Virus record (IMG/VR): IMGVR_UViG_3300028840_002420
Span: 32,001-96,000 of that record
Direction: 5' to 3' (one strand)
DNA from: a virus
DNA: 64,000 nt
The translations under genes and the position numbers were made by a program. The notes beneath the pieces were generated by a model. The model was not told the DNA's origin. It saw only the letters and a list, made by a program, of their open reading frames with translations, and did no database searches. This document shows, one piece after another, positions 17,584 through 26,695 of the stretch (its first letter is position 1; each line of letters begins with the position of its first letter).

Positions 17584-17729
17584 CCACCCACGGCGGTGGG
17601 TATGAAGCCACCCACGGCGGTGGCTCTAGGAGGTAGGAGTATGTGAAAACACATACTTACAGTTACCTTGTTTATACGGAGCGAAGCTCCGGGGATTCCG
17701 CAAATGAAATACCGATCGATTCCGCAAAT
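17582..17729. repeat. Candidate replication origin: direct repeats, AT-rich palindrome, GCGAAGC hairpin
   Basis: AGCCACCCACGGCGGTGG at 17582 and 17606; AGTATGTG-AAAA-CACATACT 17638-17657; CGGAGC-GAA-GCTCCG 17677-17691; GATTCCGCAAAT at 17694 and 17718. Confidence 0.6.
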
Positions 17730-17735
17730 CTGCCT

Positions 17736-17765
17736 GCTACAGATCGGCTGGTCAGAGCATAGTAG
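17736..17765 (+). promoter_or_regulatory. Phage-specific promoter motif, copy 1
   Basis: GCTACA-16 nt-CATAGTAG, at the head of the replication gene cluster. Confidence 0.7.
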
Positions 17766-17857
17766 AGAAGGAAGCGGCTGCATCTGTTGACCAGGCTTCG
17801 CCTGGTCCAGATGCGGGCACTTGTTCGATAGAGAACAACCAAAAAAGGAGACTCAAC

Positions 17858-18358
17858 GTGGAGACACCGAAGGACGCTCACAAGTACCTGGTCACCTACC
17901 AGCTCAAGCACCACCCGAACGGGATCGAGGCTCAGGACGTTCCAGCGATGCACGGGGCCAGTGACGCGTTGATCGTGATTAGCCAGCTCTATCTGGAGGA
18001 CGGATCCTATTCCCAGTGCACCAGCGGACTGGATGGCCGCACGGGCGGCGACATCGAGCCGGGAGAGATGTGGAAGGCGTGGATGATACTCGCGCGGAGT
18101 TTGGCGGTAGAGCATCCCAATCTGTCTCCAGGGCAGCGGCTCAGTGCGTGGACCGCGTTCAGCCTGGCTTCCCAGATGGTACACGGTAAGCAGCCGGAGC
18201 CGCCGCCAGACCTGCAGGCGCTTTTGGGGAAGCTGGACGGCCTGGTCGGCTACCAGCGGAATCCGGATGGACCGCAGGTCCAGGATACGCCGGTACCGGA
18301 AGCTCCAAAGCAAGGTCTGCGAGTGGTGGCAGATCCGACAGAGGATGGAGAGAGCTGA
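17858..18358 (+). CDS. Hypothetical protein
   Basis: Strong SD (AAGGAG), GTG start, coupled to the next gene. Confidence 0.75.
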   Translation: METPKDAHKYLVTYQLKHHPNGIEAQDVPAMHGASDALIVISQLYLEDGSYSQCTSGLDGRTGGDIEPGEMWKAWMILARSLAVEHPNLSPGQRLSAWTAFSLASQMVHGKQPEPPPDLQALLGKLDGLVGYQRNPDGPQVQDTPVPEAPKQGLRVVADPTEDGES

Positions 18359-18873
18359 TGCGCGATAACTGCGATCTTTGCGGAAAGGTGATTTCGACCA
18401 CGGCCGATCCGAACAACGTCGAAGGTTGGTTCGTCAGCCTGGAGCACGCCGAGCAGCTCGAAAGCGAGATCGCGCAGGGCCTGGATTATCCGCGCGGCTG
18501 GCTCAAGGAACGCTGCATGCAGTTGATCGTGTGCGCGGACTGTCAGGTTGAAAAGCCGAAGGCTGCACCACACGCGGTCCGATTGAACGTGGAAGGGACG
18601 CCGTTGTGCGTGATCGGTCCGGGAGCAGATGAGGCGGTTCAGGTGATGGCGGCCAGAAAGGCGTTCGTCGATCAGTACGCCGAGCGCAGAGGCTGGGATA
18701 TGTCCGCGGGTCCGACGATGGAGCAGATCGCGGAAATCCGACAGCAGCCCGAGTGGCAGCAGATTGGTTCGACTCCGATGGCTCAGATTGATCCGAACGA
18801 GCAGATCGATCCAGCGGCCGGTGAGCAGGGAGCGCCAAGCGGAATTGCTCAGCCGGGGGATGAGGACTATTGA
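18358..18873 (+). CDS. Hypothetical protein with two CxxC pairs
   Basis: TGATG coupling. Confidence 0.7.
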   Translation: MRDNCDLCGKVISTTADPNNVEGWFVSLEHAEQLESEIAQGLDYPRGWLKERCMQLIVCADCQVEKPKAAPHAVRLNVEGTPLCVIGPGADEAVQVMAARKAFVDQYAERRGWDMSAGPTMEQIAEIRQQPEWQQIGSTPMAQIDPNEQIDPAAGEQGAPSGIAQPGDEDY

Positions 18874-19181
18874 GCACGACAGAAGAACAGATCGCTAAAT
18901 GGGCTGAGACGTATCGAGAGCGCGGCTGGCCGGTACCTTGTGCGGGCGAGGGCGATGCGGAGGGCTGTGATCGTTGTTGGTGCGCTGGAGGCGGAGACGC
19001 CGGGCCGTACTGTGCTGGAGGAGAGTACAAAATCCTTCGAGCGCAGTGGGTGATCGAGCATGGGCGTGAGTGGCTGTCGTGGTGCGGGTTATGGCTCTAT
19101 GGCCCGTTCCCGCCAGACTATCGCCAAAGGTGCATTGTTCGACACGATGCCTGGCAGCTGAAGATCCGAGGTAAAGCCTGA
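18870..19181 (+). CDS. Cys/Trp-rich hypothetical protein
   Basis: Coupled overlaps on both sides. Confidence 0.6.
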   Translation: MSTTEEQIAKWAETYRERGWPVPCAGEGDAEGCDRCWCAGGGDAGPYCAGGEYKILRAQWVIEHGREWLSWCGLWLYGPFPPDYRQRCIVRHDAWQLKIRGKA

Positions 19182-20659
19182 TGGGCCGGAAGGCTCAGAT
19201 ACATATCAACAACGCGCGCAGCCGCCTCGAGAACGTGCGTCCGGAGATCTTCAAGCTGCTGCGTCACGAGCTGTCATTTATGACGGGAGAGCCGGGCTGG
19301 CGGCGCCACATGCAGGCTGACGGCTCCGTCAAGACGCATTGGTGGGACGGCTATCGCCGGCTGCTGCAGAAGAACGGATCGTTTCCGAGCGGGCTGCTGC
19401 CGCGGTTGTCGCGGCTGATGCACAAGTGGTCGGTGGGCTACGAGGTTAACGATCATCGCCGAAGGCCTCCTGAGAATGTTCCGCTGTGGCGGTTCCGCGA
19501 TGATTTCGAGCTGCGGGATTACCAGATTGCGGACTGTGACGCGGCCGAGCGTTGGACCAGGGGTGTTATCGACTCGCCTCCCAGGACGGGCAAGACGGTG
19601 ATGATCGCCGAGCTGCTGCGTCGGATCAGCTCGTCACGGGCGGTCGTGACAGCTCCGACCAGGCCGATTGCAGAGCAGACCTATGAAAAGCTGCTCGAGC
19701 TGTTTTGCGATTGGGCCGGGATGCTGCCAGATCTCCACGGAGACTTCTTTTTGCTGGTTGGTGGGGCTCCAAAGAGCGCCAAAGCAAATCGGGCGCTCGA
19801 TCGAGCTCGAGTGGTTGTAGCGACGGCCGATAGCGCCGTGGGGATGCCAGATGCGTTCTGGGAGAAGACCGAGGCGCTGATTGTCGACGAGCGTCATCAT
19901 CAGGCGGCCAAGACCTACCACAAGCTGTCCGACAAGGCGGTCAACGCGTACTGGCGTTGGGGATTCACTGGGACCAACTACCGGAGCAAAGGCGGAGAGC
20001 AGATAGCGTTGGAGGCATGCTTGGGCCGGACGGTCGCCAGCCACAGTATCCAGGAGATGACTGAGCGTGGTGTGTTGGTGCCGGCAGAGGTGGAGTTTTG
20101 GCCGGTCGACTACGATGGACTGCGGACGGTCAAGTACCAGCGGGCTTATCCCAAGGGCGTGGTGCAGAGTGAAGTCCGCAACGAGCTGGTCGCGCTGGCT
20201 GCGTCCAATCTGCTCAACGAGGGGCGTAAGGTACTGGTGTTGGTCTATCGGCTCGAGCACGGCGAGCGACTTTCGCAGATGATCGCGGGCAGCCAGTTTG
20301 TCAAAGGCGAAGACGGCGACGAAGTGCGCCGGGCGGTGGCCAAGCTCGATTCGGGAAAGCTGCGGTGTTTGATCGGGTCACCGGTAGTCGGCGAAGGTCT
20401 GGATTGTCCGAGCGCCGACGGCCTGGTCTACGCCAAGGGCAACCAGGCTAAGGTGACGCACGTGCAGGACGTGTTTCGCGTGATGACGGGTCATCCAGGC
20501 AAGGTCAATGCAAAAATTATTGACTTCGCGGATCGGCACAACGCGAGCCTGATCGAGCATAGTGTCGCGAGGATGCAGCATTACCAAGATATGGGCATGA
20601 AGATCAGCGTTGTCCCGAAAGAGGCCCTTGACACGCGGCAGCTGGATCTGCCAGGGTAG
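19181..20659 (+). CDS. Superfamily 2 helicase (UvsW-like)
   Basis: ELRDYQ Q-motif, SPPRTGKT, IVDERHH, GFTGT, GEGLDCP. Confidence 0.9.
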   Translation: MGRKAQIHINNARSRLENVRPEIFKLLRHELSFMTGEPGWRRHMQADGSVKTHWWDGYRRLLQKNGSFPSGLLPRLSRLMHKWSVGYEVNDHRRRPPENVPLWRFRDDFELRDYQIADCDAAERWTRGVIDSPPRTGKTVMIAELLRRISSSRAVVTAPTRPIAEQTYEKLLELFCDWAGMLPDLHGDFFLLVGGAPKSAKANRALDRARVVVATADSAVGMPDAFWEKTEALIVDERHHQAAKTYHKLSDKAVNAYWRWGFTGTNYRSKGGEQIALEACLGRTVASHSIQEMTERGVLVPAEVEFWPVDYDGLRTVKYQRAYPKGVVQSEVRNELVALAASNLLNEGRKVLVLVYRLEHGERLSQMIAGSQFVKGEDGDEVRRAVAKLDSGKLRCLIGSPVVGEGLDCPSADGLVYAKGNQAKVTHVQDVFRVMTGHPGKVNAKIIDFADRHNASLIEHSVARMQHYQDMGMKISVVPKEALDTRQLDLPG

Positions 20660-20918
20660 ATATACGGCTTCGGCCGGTAATCCAGGAGGCTCGATGACTG
20701 ATATCGACTGACAACAACGATTGGGCGCAGCAGAGCGATTTGAGGGCGGCCATCGGCATCTTGCAGATGCACCTTCCGGCAGGATGACCATTCCGATGTT
20801 CACGCCCAAGAGTCTCCAACCTCTGCTGATTGCCCTTGTTATGCAACGCAGCTTTCGGTGTTGGCCCGTGCCGGGGCACATGACGCGTGATAACGGGCCT
20901 TCGTTTCAGGAGTAACGG

Positions 20919-21119
20919 ATGGACGCGATAACGATCACGGTGCCCGTCGAATACGCGCAAAAGTGGGTGCGCGGAGATGCCGATCATGACGTGCTGCAGG
21001 ACGCAATAGAGCGTGCGCTGAAGTGCACAAAGCCGACGCGACAAGATGCGGAAGCAGCTATCAAAGTGCTGCACGCGGCTGGTTGGATCGACGACTGCGG
21101 GTGCATTTCCAAGAAGTGA
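20919..21119 (+). CDS. Hypothetical protein
   Basis: SD AGGAG. Confidence 0.6.
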   Translation: MDAITITVPVEYAQKWVRGDADHDVLQDAIERALKCTKPTRQDAEAAIKVLHAAGWIDDCGCISKK

Positions 21120-21126
21120 GGACGCG

Positions 21127-21630
21127 ATGTCACCTATCTACAGAACCGGGGCGATCGGCGACAAGCGGAAGCTGATCAAGTTTTTCGCAGCCAAGGAGCA
21201 CCAAAATCTCGTGCTGCGGATCGCTGATGTGCTCGATCTGAGAAATGATCAGCAGGACTGGCTGATCGGTTTGGTCGAGATCGTGAAGTCGGTCCCGCAG
21301 CCACCCGTCCGGAAGGAAGCGACAGGCTGGCGGAAACGCTGGCTGCTGCAGACGTGCCCGAACGGCTATATCGTGCTGCCGTTCGAGGATCTTCTGGGGC
21401 CGATGGACATGAAGGCCGTCATGCGTCTCCAGGAGGTCTGTTACGCCTACTACAACGTCCGGATGGGCAAGGGCGAGCCGAGCCGGGTCGACAAGTGCGA
21501 CAAGTGTGGGGGCAGCAAGCAGGTCGACGGTGCCAAGTGCAAGCAGTGCGACGGCACGGGGATCACGATTACGTTTCTCGAGATGTCCGACGAAGAGCGG
21601 CGGTTGGCGCGGGGCGAGGATGCTGATTAG
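21127..21630 (+). CDS. Hypothetical protein with DnaJ-type zinc finger (CxxCxGxG)
   Basis: CDKCGGS...CKQCDGTG; SD GAGG. Confidence 0.7.
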   Translation: MSPIYRTGAIGDKRKLIKFFAAKEHQNLVLRIADVLDLRNDQQDWLIGLVEIVKSVPQPPVRKEATGWRKRWLLQTCPNGYIVLPFEDLLGPMDMKAVMRLQEVCYAYYNVRMGKGEPSRVDKCDKCGGSKQVDGAKCKQCDGTGITITFLEMSDEERRLARGEDAD

Positions 21631-21814
21631 CGATAGGCCGCATGGACTTGTCGATGCGTTCTGGCAATTGATCTGCAAGCGGTGCGGATGGTCTCCAGGA
21701 CCACGGACCGCGTGCAAATCGATCTGTGCCGAGTGTCGGGAGCCTTTGACGGTCGTTCACGGGACTGAAGATGAGGTCAAAGGCAGACTCGCAGAGATCA
21801 GAGGTGAAGCATGA
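21620..21814 (+). CDS. Small zinc-ribbon protein
   Basis: CKRC...CAEC; coupled overlaps. Confidence 0.55.
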   Translation: MLISDRPHGLVDAFWQLICKRCGWSPGPRTACKSICAECREPLTVVHGTEDEVKGRLAEIRGEA

Positions 21815-22071
21815 GTGGTAAAGCGGGAGCTGCGACGGTGAAGGCTAATCGCGAGCAGAAACACGAGCTGGGCAAAAGCGCCAACGCGTGCGCGAACAAG
21901 TGGTTGGCGATGCACCGAGGTGAGACGGTCGCAGTCAGTTATCGCGGGCGTGAGATCGCGCGGGGAGTGCTTGAGGAGTTCGATCTGTACGCGATGATCA
22001 TCGTGCGCGAAGAAATTGAACATCCCGCGTTGGTGTTCAAGGGTCCGGGTGTGGTTATCGAGCCGGCCTGA
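21811..22071 (+). CDS. Hfq/Sm-like RNA-binding protein
   Basis: WLAMHRGETVAVSYRGREIARGVLEEFDLYAMII...LVFKG aligns by eye with Hfq Sm1 (G.I..FD.F.ILL) and Sm2 (MVYKH). Confidence 0.65.
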   Translation: MSGKAGAATVKANREQKHELGKSANACANKWLAMHRGETVAVSYRGREIARGVLEEFDLYAMIIVREEIEHPALVFKGPGVVIEPA

Positions 22072-22559
22072 TGAGTCTCGAGCTGATCTATACCTACAAT
22101 CGCCTATCGGTGCGTGTAGTCCAAGCGCGGGTAAAGGTGATTCTGCCATCGGCGATCGTGAGGGCAGTCGCTCAAGATCTGCAGGACTGGCTTGAAGAGA
22201 ACGAGTTTCCGGCCGGGCCGTATATTGCGAGCTGTTTCGCGAAACACAGTTGGGCGTACGTGCCTGCGTTCGAGGCGTTGGCCCGGCCAAAGTACGCGAA
22301 GCACTACCGCGACAACGCGGAAGAGGCGGCGATGTGGTGGCGGCAGCACGAGATCGATCGCGAAGCTCACACGCCGCTCGAGTTGTCTCCAGGCAAGGAA
22401 ATCGTCAAGTCGCGGTTTCGTTATGACGGGCGGGAAAAGGCCTGTAGGGCTCAGCCCGAGCTGAGCGGTGGGTTCAACCAACTATCGAGGCACTGTCAGA
22501 CGTGCCCAGAGAAGGAGGAATGTCGTGCGGGAAGAAACAATGCAAGTGCTCGCCAGTAA
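22071..22559 (+). CDS. Hypothetical protein with C-terminal Cys cluster
   Basis: TGATG coupling. Confidence 0.7.
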   Translation: MSLELIYTYNRLSVRVVQARVKVILPSAIVRAVAQDLQDWLEENEFPAGPYIASCFAKHSWAYVPAFEALARPKYAKHYRDNAEEAAMWWRQHEIDREAHTPLELSPGKEIVKSRFRYDGREKACRAQPELSGGFNQLSRHCQTCPEKEECRAGRNNASARQ

Positions 22560-22836
22560 CGAGCTGGATCTGGGAGCTAGTCAAGCAGCGGGCGGCTTCA
22601 AGGGAGAGGCTCGATATGCTGGGGGGCCGCACGCCGGCGAGCTGATTATCCGAACCAAGAATGTCTATCCCACGACATTCGCGGCGATCAACGCGGTGGG
22701 CGCGGTAGCCGACGCTGCTAAGGAAGTGATCAGGCGCTCGGGCGCTGGTTTGGTCAAGATCGATCCGCTCGAGGATCATGAATACGCCGAGGAGCTCAAG
22801 CGGCAATTTCGCGAAGAGCAGCAGAAGGCCAAATAG
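22540..22836 (+). CDS. Hypothetical protein
   Basis: Fills the operon frame. Confidence 0.6.
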   Translation: MQVLASNELDLGASQAAGGFKGEARYAGGPHAGELIIRTKNVYPTTFAAINAVGAVADAAKEVIRRSGAGLVKIDPLEDHEYAEELKRQFREEQQKAK

Positions 22837-22856
22837 CGATCGAAGAGGAGGGCGCC

Positions 22857-23081
22857 GTGTTGAAGCGTTTCAAAGAGCTGCTGCCGAACCTGTTGTACTA
22901 CGTCTGCATCGTCGGTTTCGTGTGGGGCGTGTCCTATCTCACCCGGTCGTGTAATGAAGATACGGCACGGTGGGTGTACCGCAAGGATCCGCGTACGGGG
23001 GTTTGCTACGTGCTCAATTGGTGGCGAACGAGCTTCGCGTATATCCCGTGTGAGAAGGTGCCGCGGGGCCAGCTGAAGTGA
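22857..23081 (+). CDS. Small membrane protein
   Basis: SD GAGGAGG; one TM helix; DPRTGVCY motif. Confidence 0.6.
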   Translation: MLKRFKELLPNLLYYVCIVGFVWGVSYLTRSCNEDTARWVYRKDPRTGVCYVLNWWRTSFAYIPCEKVPRGQLK

Positions 23082-24547
23082 TCGCGTTTCCGTTCAATAG
23101 CGAGTTTCAGCGGAAGATCATCCGGCTTGCGCTGACTGATGATGGCTTCGCCACGATGGGGCTGAAGTACCTGCAGGCGTCGATGTTCGAGAGCGACGCG
23201 ATGCGGTGGGTGTGGAGGCAGGTCGAGCACGAGCGCAACGAAGGGCGCCGGGCGACGCTATTGGTCGTGCGCGATCGGCTGCGGGACATCGACGAAGTTC
23301 TGAGGCCGCGGTACCAGGCTGTCGTCGACGCGATCGAGCAAGAGGTGGTGCGGGAAGAGGCCTTCATCAAAGAGAGGCTCGCCGAGTTCATCAAGCGGAA
23401 CATGTTCGTTGCGGCCTACAACGACTCGCAGTCGATCTACAACAGCGGTCGTCCAGAACAGGCGATGCAGGCGATGTATGAGGCCTCGCAGAGCATTCAG
23501 CAGGTCTCGTTTGCTCCGCCCGATCGTGGTTGGTTTTACGATGAGCTGGATACGAGGCAGCGGGCCTATTTGGACTTCGGCCATCGTGAATTCGATTCGA
23601 TGTTTGCCACAGGGATCGATGGCGTCGACAAGGTGTTGGATGGGGGACTGTCGCGGGGCGAGCTGGGGGTGTGGATAGCGGACTCCAAGGGCGGCAAGTC
23701 GATGATGCTGCGGTTTCTGGCAGCTCACACGTGTCGGGCGCTTCAGCGTAACGTGCTGCTGATCATCCTTGAAGGTCGGCGGCAGCAGACAGAGGCTCAG
23801 CTTGACACGCTGCATGCCGGGATCCTGTACACGAACCTGAAGCGGGGCATTATCGATCGGGAGACTTATCAGCAGCTGCAGTCCGAGTATATGGCGCTTC
23901 GGCGCCGGCTGGTGATCCGGGCGATGGTCAAGGACTGGAGCTATACCGCTGCGGACATTCGTGCCGAGCTGGATGAGCTGCGATCGATTCACGGCTGGAT
24001 CCCGGATATGGTCGTGGTGGACTATGGCGACCTACTCCGAAGCCAGACGAAGGCGTTTTCCGAGGAAGAGCACCAGCGTAATGCCTTCGGTGATCTGAAG
24101 AGCCTGACTACCCAGGATTTCGGGTATGCGGTGTGGACCGCTAGCCAGGCTCAGCGGCCATCGAAGGAGATGTGGAAAAAGAAAAAGAAGGAGGAGGGCG
24201 ACGAGGGCGGCGATTTCAAGGTCTGGGGCAAGCCGGTCATTCGGGCACGAGACATCGCGGACAGCTACAACAAGATCCGTCGAGCGGACTTCATTGGCTC
24301 GATCAATCAGGACGAAAAGGACAAGCAGGAAAACATCGCGCGGCTGTGGTTGGACCGGTACCGCGACAATGCGGCCGGGCGCCTGGTCCAGGTGAGGCAA
24401 CATCTCGACCGGATGATGTTTGTTGATTTGCTTGATCCGTTGAACCGTCCCGATTCGCCAGACAGGGTGCAGGCCGATATTGAAAAGCGGCTCAAAAAGC
24501 AGCAGGAAGCCGCGAATAAGAAGCAGGAGGCGGCGAACAATGGCTGA
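23078..24547 (+). CDS. dnaB: Replicative DNA helicase (DnaB family)
   Basis: TGIDGVDKVLDGGLSRGELGV, ADSKGGKS, VVVDYGDLL, WTASQAQR, IADSYNKIRRAD. Confidence 0.92.
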   Translation: MIAFPFNSEFQRKIIRLALTDDGFATMGLKYLQASMFESDAMRWVWRQVEHERNEGRRATLLVVRDRLRDIDEVLRPRYQAVVDAIEQEVVREEAFIKERLAEFIKRNMFVAAYNDSQSIYNSGRPEQAMQAMYEASQSIQQVSFAPPDRGWFYDELDTRQRAYLDFGHREFDSMFATGIDGVDKVLDGGLSRGELGVWIADSKGGKSMMLRFLAAHTCRALQRNVLLIILEGRRQQTEAQLDTLHAGILYTNLKRGIIDRETYQQLQSEYMALRRRLVIRAMVKDWSYTAADIRAELDELRSIHGWIPDMVVVDYGDLLRSQTKAFSEEEHQRNAFGDLKSLTTQDFGYAVWTASQAQRPSKEMWKKKKKEEGDEGGDFKVWGKPVIRARDIADSYNKIRRADFIGSINQDEKDKQENIARLWLDRYRDNAAGRLVQVRQHLDRMMFVDLLDPLNRPDSPDRVQADIEKRLKKQQEAANKKQEAANNG

Positions 24548-25136
24548 AGCTTTTCCTTTGTATTGGCCAGAAGGCTGGGATCGGACGAAACGACGGCGGC
24601 CGGGGCCGTACAAGGTGACGTTCGGTGCGGCGCTGAATGATCTGCGTGATGAGCTGAAGCGGTTCAACGCCCGATATCCGGTCATCAGCGCGAATGTCCC
24701 GTTGCGGAATGATGGGCTGCCCAAGGTTTCGTCGGTTGGGGATGGGACGCGATTCAGCGGTGATCCGGGGGTCGCGGTCTATTTTCGGCGGCGGGATCAG
24801 GAATTCGTGTTCGCGTGCGACAAGTACCTCCATCCGCGGGACAACATGCGGGCGGTCTTCCAGACGATCAACGCATTGCGGACGATCGAGCGCTGTGGGG
24901 TCACCGAGCTGACACAGCGGGCGTTCGCGGGATTCAAGGCGCTGCCTCCGCCAGAGAAGCCAAAACGCCCGTGGTGGGACGTATTTGGGCTGCGGCGTGA
25001 AGATGCCACGATCGAGGTGGTCCAGGCGGTGTATAAAGCTCGTTCACGGAAAGCACACCCGGATTTTGCCAAAGACGATGGCGAGGCCATGAAAGAGCTG
25101 AATGAGGCGTTGACGGAGGCGAAGAAAGATCTCTGA
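24540..25136 (+). CDS. Phage protein with C-terminal J-domain
   Basis: N-terminal AFPLYWPEGWDRT, DPGVAVYF; J-domain with HPD (KAHPD...MKELNEA). Confidence 0.85.
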   Translation: MAEAFPLYWPEGWDRTKRRRPGPYKVTFGAALNDLRDELKRFNARYPVISANVPLRNDGLPKVSSVGDGTRFSGDPGVAVYFRRRDQEFVFACDKYLHPRDNMRAVFQTINALRTIERCGVTELTQRAFAGFKALPPPEKPKRPWWDVFGLRREDATIEVVQAVYKARSRKAHPDFAKDDGEAMKELNEALTEAKKDL

Positions 25137-26179
25137 TGGCTGGCTCGAGCGCGTACTGGCGGGCGGAAGCCCGCTTTGACTGGCAGCGCTATGTGATTGA
25201 CGCGGGGGGTGTGCGCGCGGTCCATAGTCGGCCGGAAGAGTATGTGCTGACGTGTCCGGACTGCTTCAAAGCTAAGTTGGCGGTCAATGTTGAGCGGCGG
25301 GCGTGGCAGTGCTGGACGTGCGGTGACGGCGGCCGGGACGCGTCGAGTCTGATTTCAAAGATCGAGCGCGTGATGTTCCACGAGGCGTTGGACCGGGTGA
25401 TGACCGGACACCAGCAGGCCGTGGGGCGGATCGATGTGCTGGATAAGCGGCTTGCTGGTCACCAGGATCGGCCGCGGGTTGAAGTCCCGAATGCGATGGT
25501 TTGGCCAGATGGATTTCATACACTGGCGCAGCCACCGACAGCGCGTGAGATGGTCGACTGGTGGGTGCAGGCGATCGGCTACTGTCGGTTTCGTGGAATT
25601 GAAGAGTACGTGGTCCAAGAGATGCAGCTCGGGTTTTGCACCAAGGGGCGGTATCGACGGCGGCTTATCTTCCCGGTGTTCGATTACGGCGGCCGGCTGG
25701 TTTTTTACCAGGGGCGTGCGATGTGGCCGAGAGTGACGCACAAGCGGTATATCAAGACGCTCAGTCCGAAGCTGGAGGAAGGCTACGCCGGCGCTTCGGA
25801 TGTGCTGCTCAATCTGGCCTATCTGGTGGCGCGCGGCATACCAGAGCGGTTGTTGGTTGTTGAGGGGCCGATTGATTGTGCCCATGGCTGGCCGGACTGT
25901 GTGGCGACGTTCGGCAAGCGGCTGTCCGATCGGCAGATGCAGTTGTTGGTCCGGGCTGGCGTCAAGCAGATCGATCTGGGTTGGGATCCAGAAGAGATGA
26001 AGACGACAGAGAAGCAAGCCGCGATGCTGACCGATCTGTTCGAAGTGCGGATTGTGCAGTGGCCTTCGGGGAAGGATCCGGGGGACCTTTCGAAAGAAGA
26101 GATTGAAGGGTTTCGCCGACAAGCGCGGGTGTGGGGGAGTGGTGATCGGCTTAGCCGTTTGACTAATGTGCTCAGGTAG
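25136..26179 (+). CDS. DNA primase (Zn finger + TOPRIM)
   Basis: CPDC...CWTC, RLIFPV, YQGR, VVEGPID, KDPGDL. Confidence 0.9.
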   Translation: MAGSSAYWRAEARFDWQRYVIDAGGVRAVHSRPEEYVLTCPDCFKAKLAVNVERRAWQCWTCGDGGRDASSLISKIERVMFHEALDRVMTGHQQAVGRIDVLDKRLAGHQDRPRVEVPNAMVWPDGFHTLAQPPTAREMVDWWVQAIGYCRFRGIEEYVVQEMQLGFCTKGRYRRRLIFPVFDYGGRLVFYQGRAMWPRVTHKRYIKTLSPKLEEGYAGASDVLLNLAYLVARGIPERLLVVEGPIDCAHGWPDCVATFGKRLSDRQMQLLVRAGVKQIDLGWDPEEMKTTEKQAAMLTDLFEVRIVQWPSGKDPGDLSKEEIEGFRRQARVWGSGDRLSRLTNVLR

Positions 26180-26206
26180 GCCTTTTGGGGCCTGAAAGGA
26201 GGCTCG

Positions 26207-26677
26207 ATGATGTACCAGTGGGATCGGATTGTTGGCCAGATCGTGTGGGCTCGGGCTCGAGCTGCGAGGATCTTCGGCCTCCCTCCAGAAGAGTTGATGG
26301 CTGTCGGGCGAGCTGCAGCGGTGGAGGCTGAGCAGTCGTGGCAGTCATCGGGCGGCCGGTCGATGAGCAGTTGGGTGTATCTCAGCGTACAGATCGCGGT
26401 GCAGCGCGCCATGGTGGCCGCTGGTCGTTACGCTGCGGAAGAGGAAGAGGTCGGAGTCGATCCGGAGCCCGAAGCTCAGTATTTTATCCGGGAGGCGCTC
26501 GAGTACCTGGAAGCACGGTTACCCAGCGAGGACTGGGTGCTGTTGTGGCTATATCACGCGGAAGGTCGAAATTGCGTTGAGTTAGCTGAGCGTTGGGGGA
26601 TCGCGCATCAGTCGATGAGGCGGAAGATCAGCAAGGCGCGAAAAAAGGCGGCTACACTTTGCGCGCTGTACGCATAG
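26207..26677 (+). CDS. Phage RNA polymerase sigma factor (sigma70 family, compact region 2 + region 4)
   Basis: EELMAVGRAAAVEAEQSW..GRSMSSWVY (region 2); LLWLYHAEGRNCVELAERWGI..SMRRKISKARKK (region 4 HTH). Confidence 0.8.
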   Translation: MMYQWDRIVGQIVWARARAARIFGLPPEELMAVGRAAAVEAEQSWQSSGGRSMSSWVYLSVQIAVQRAMVAAGRYAAEEEEVGVDPEPEAQYFIREALEYLEARLPSEDWVLLWLYHAEGRNCVELAERWGIAHQSMRRKISKARKKAATLCALYA

Positions 26678-26680
26678 TAG
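26651..26680 (+). promoter_or_regulatory. Phage-specific promoter motif, copy 2
   Basis: GCTACA-16-CATAGTAG, overlapping the sigma gene stop codon. Confidence 0.7.
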
Positions 26681-26695
26681 AGATAGGAGCGAGAA

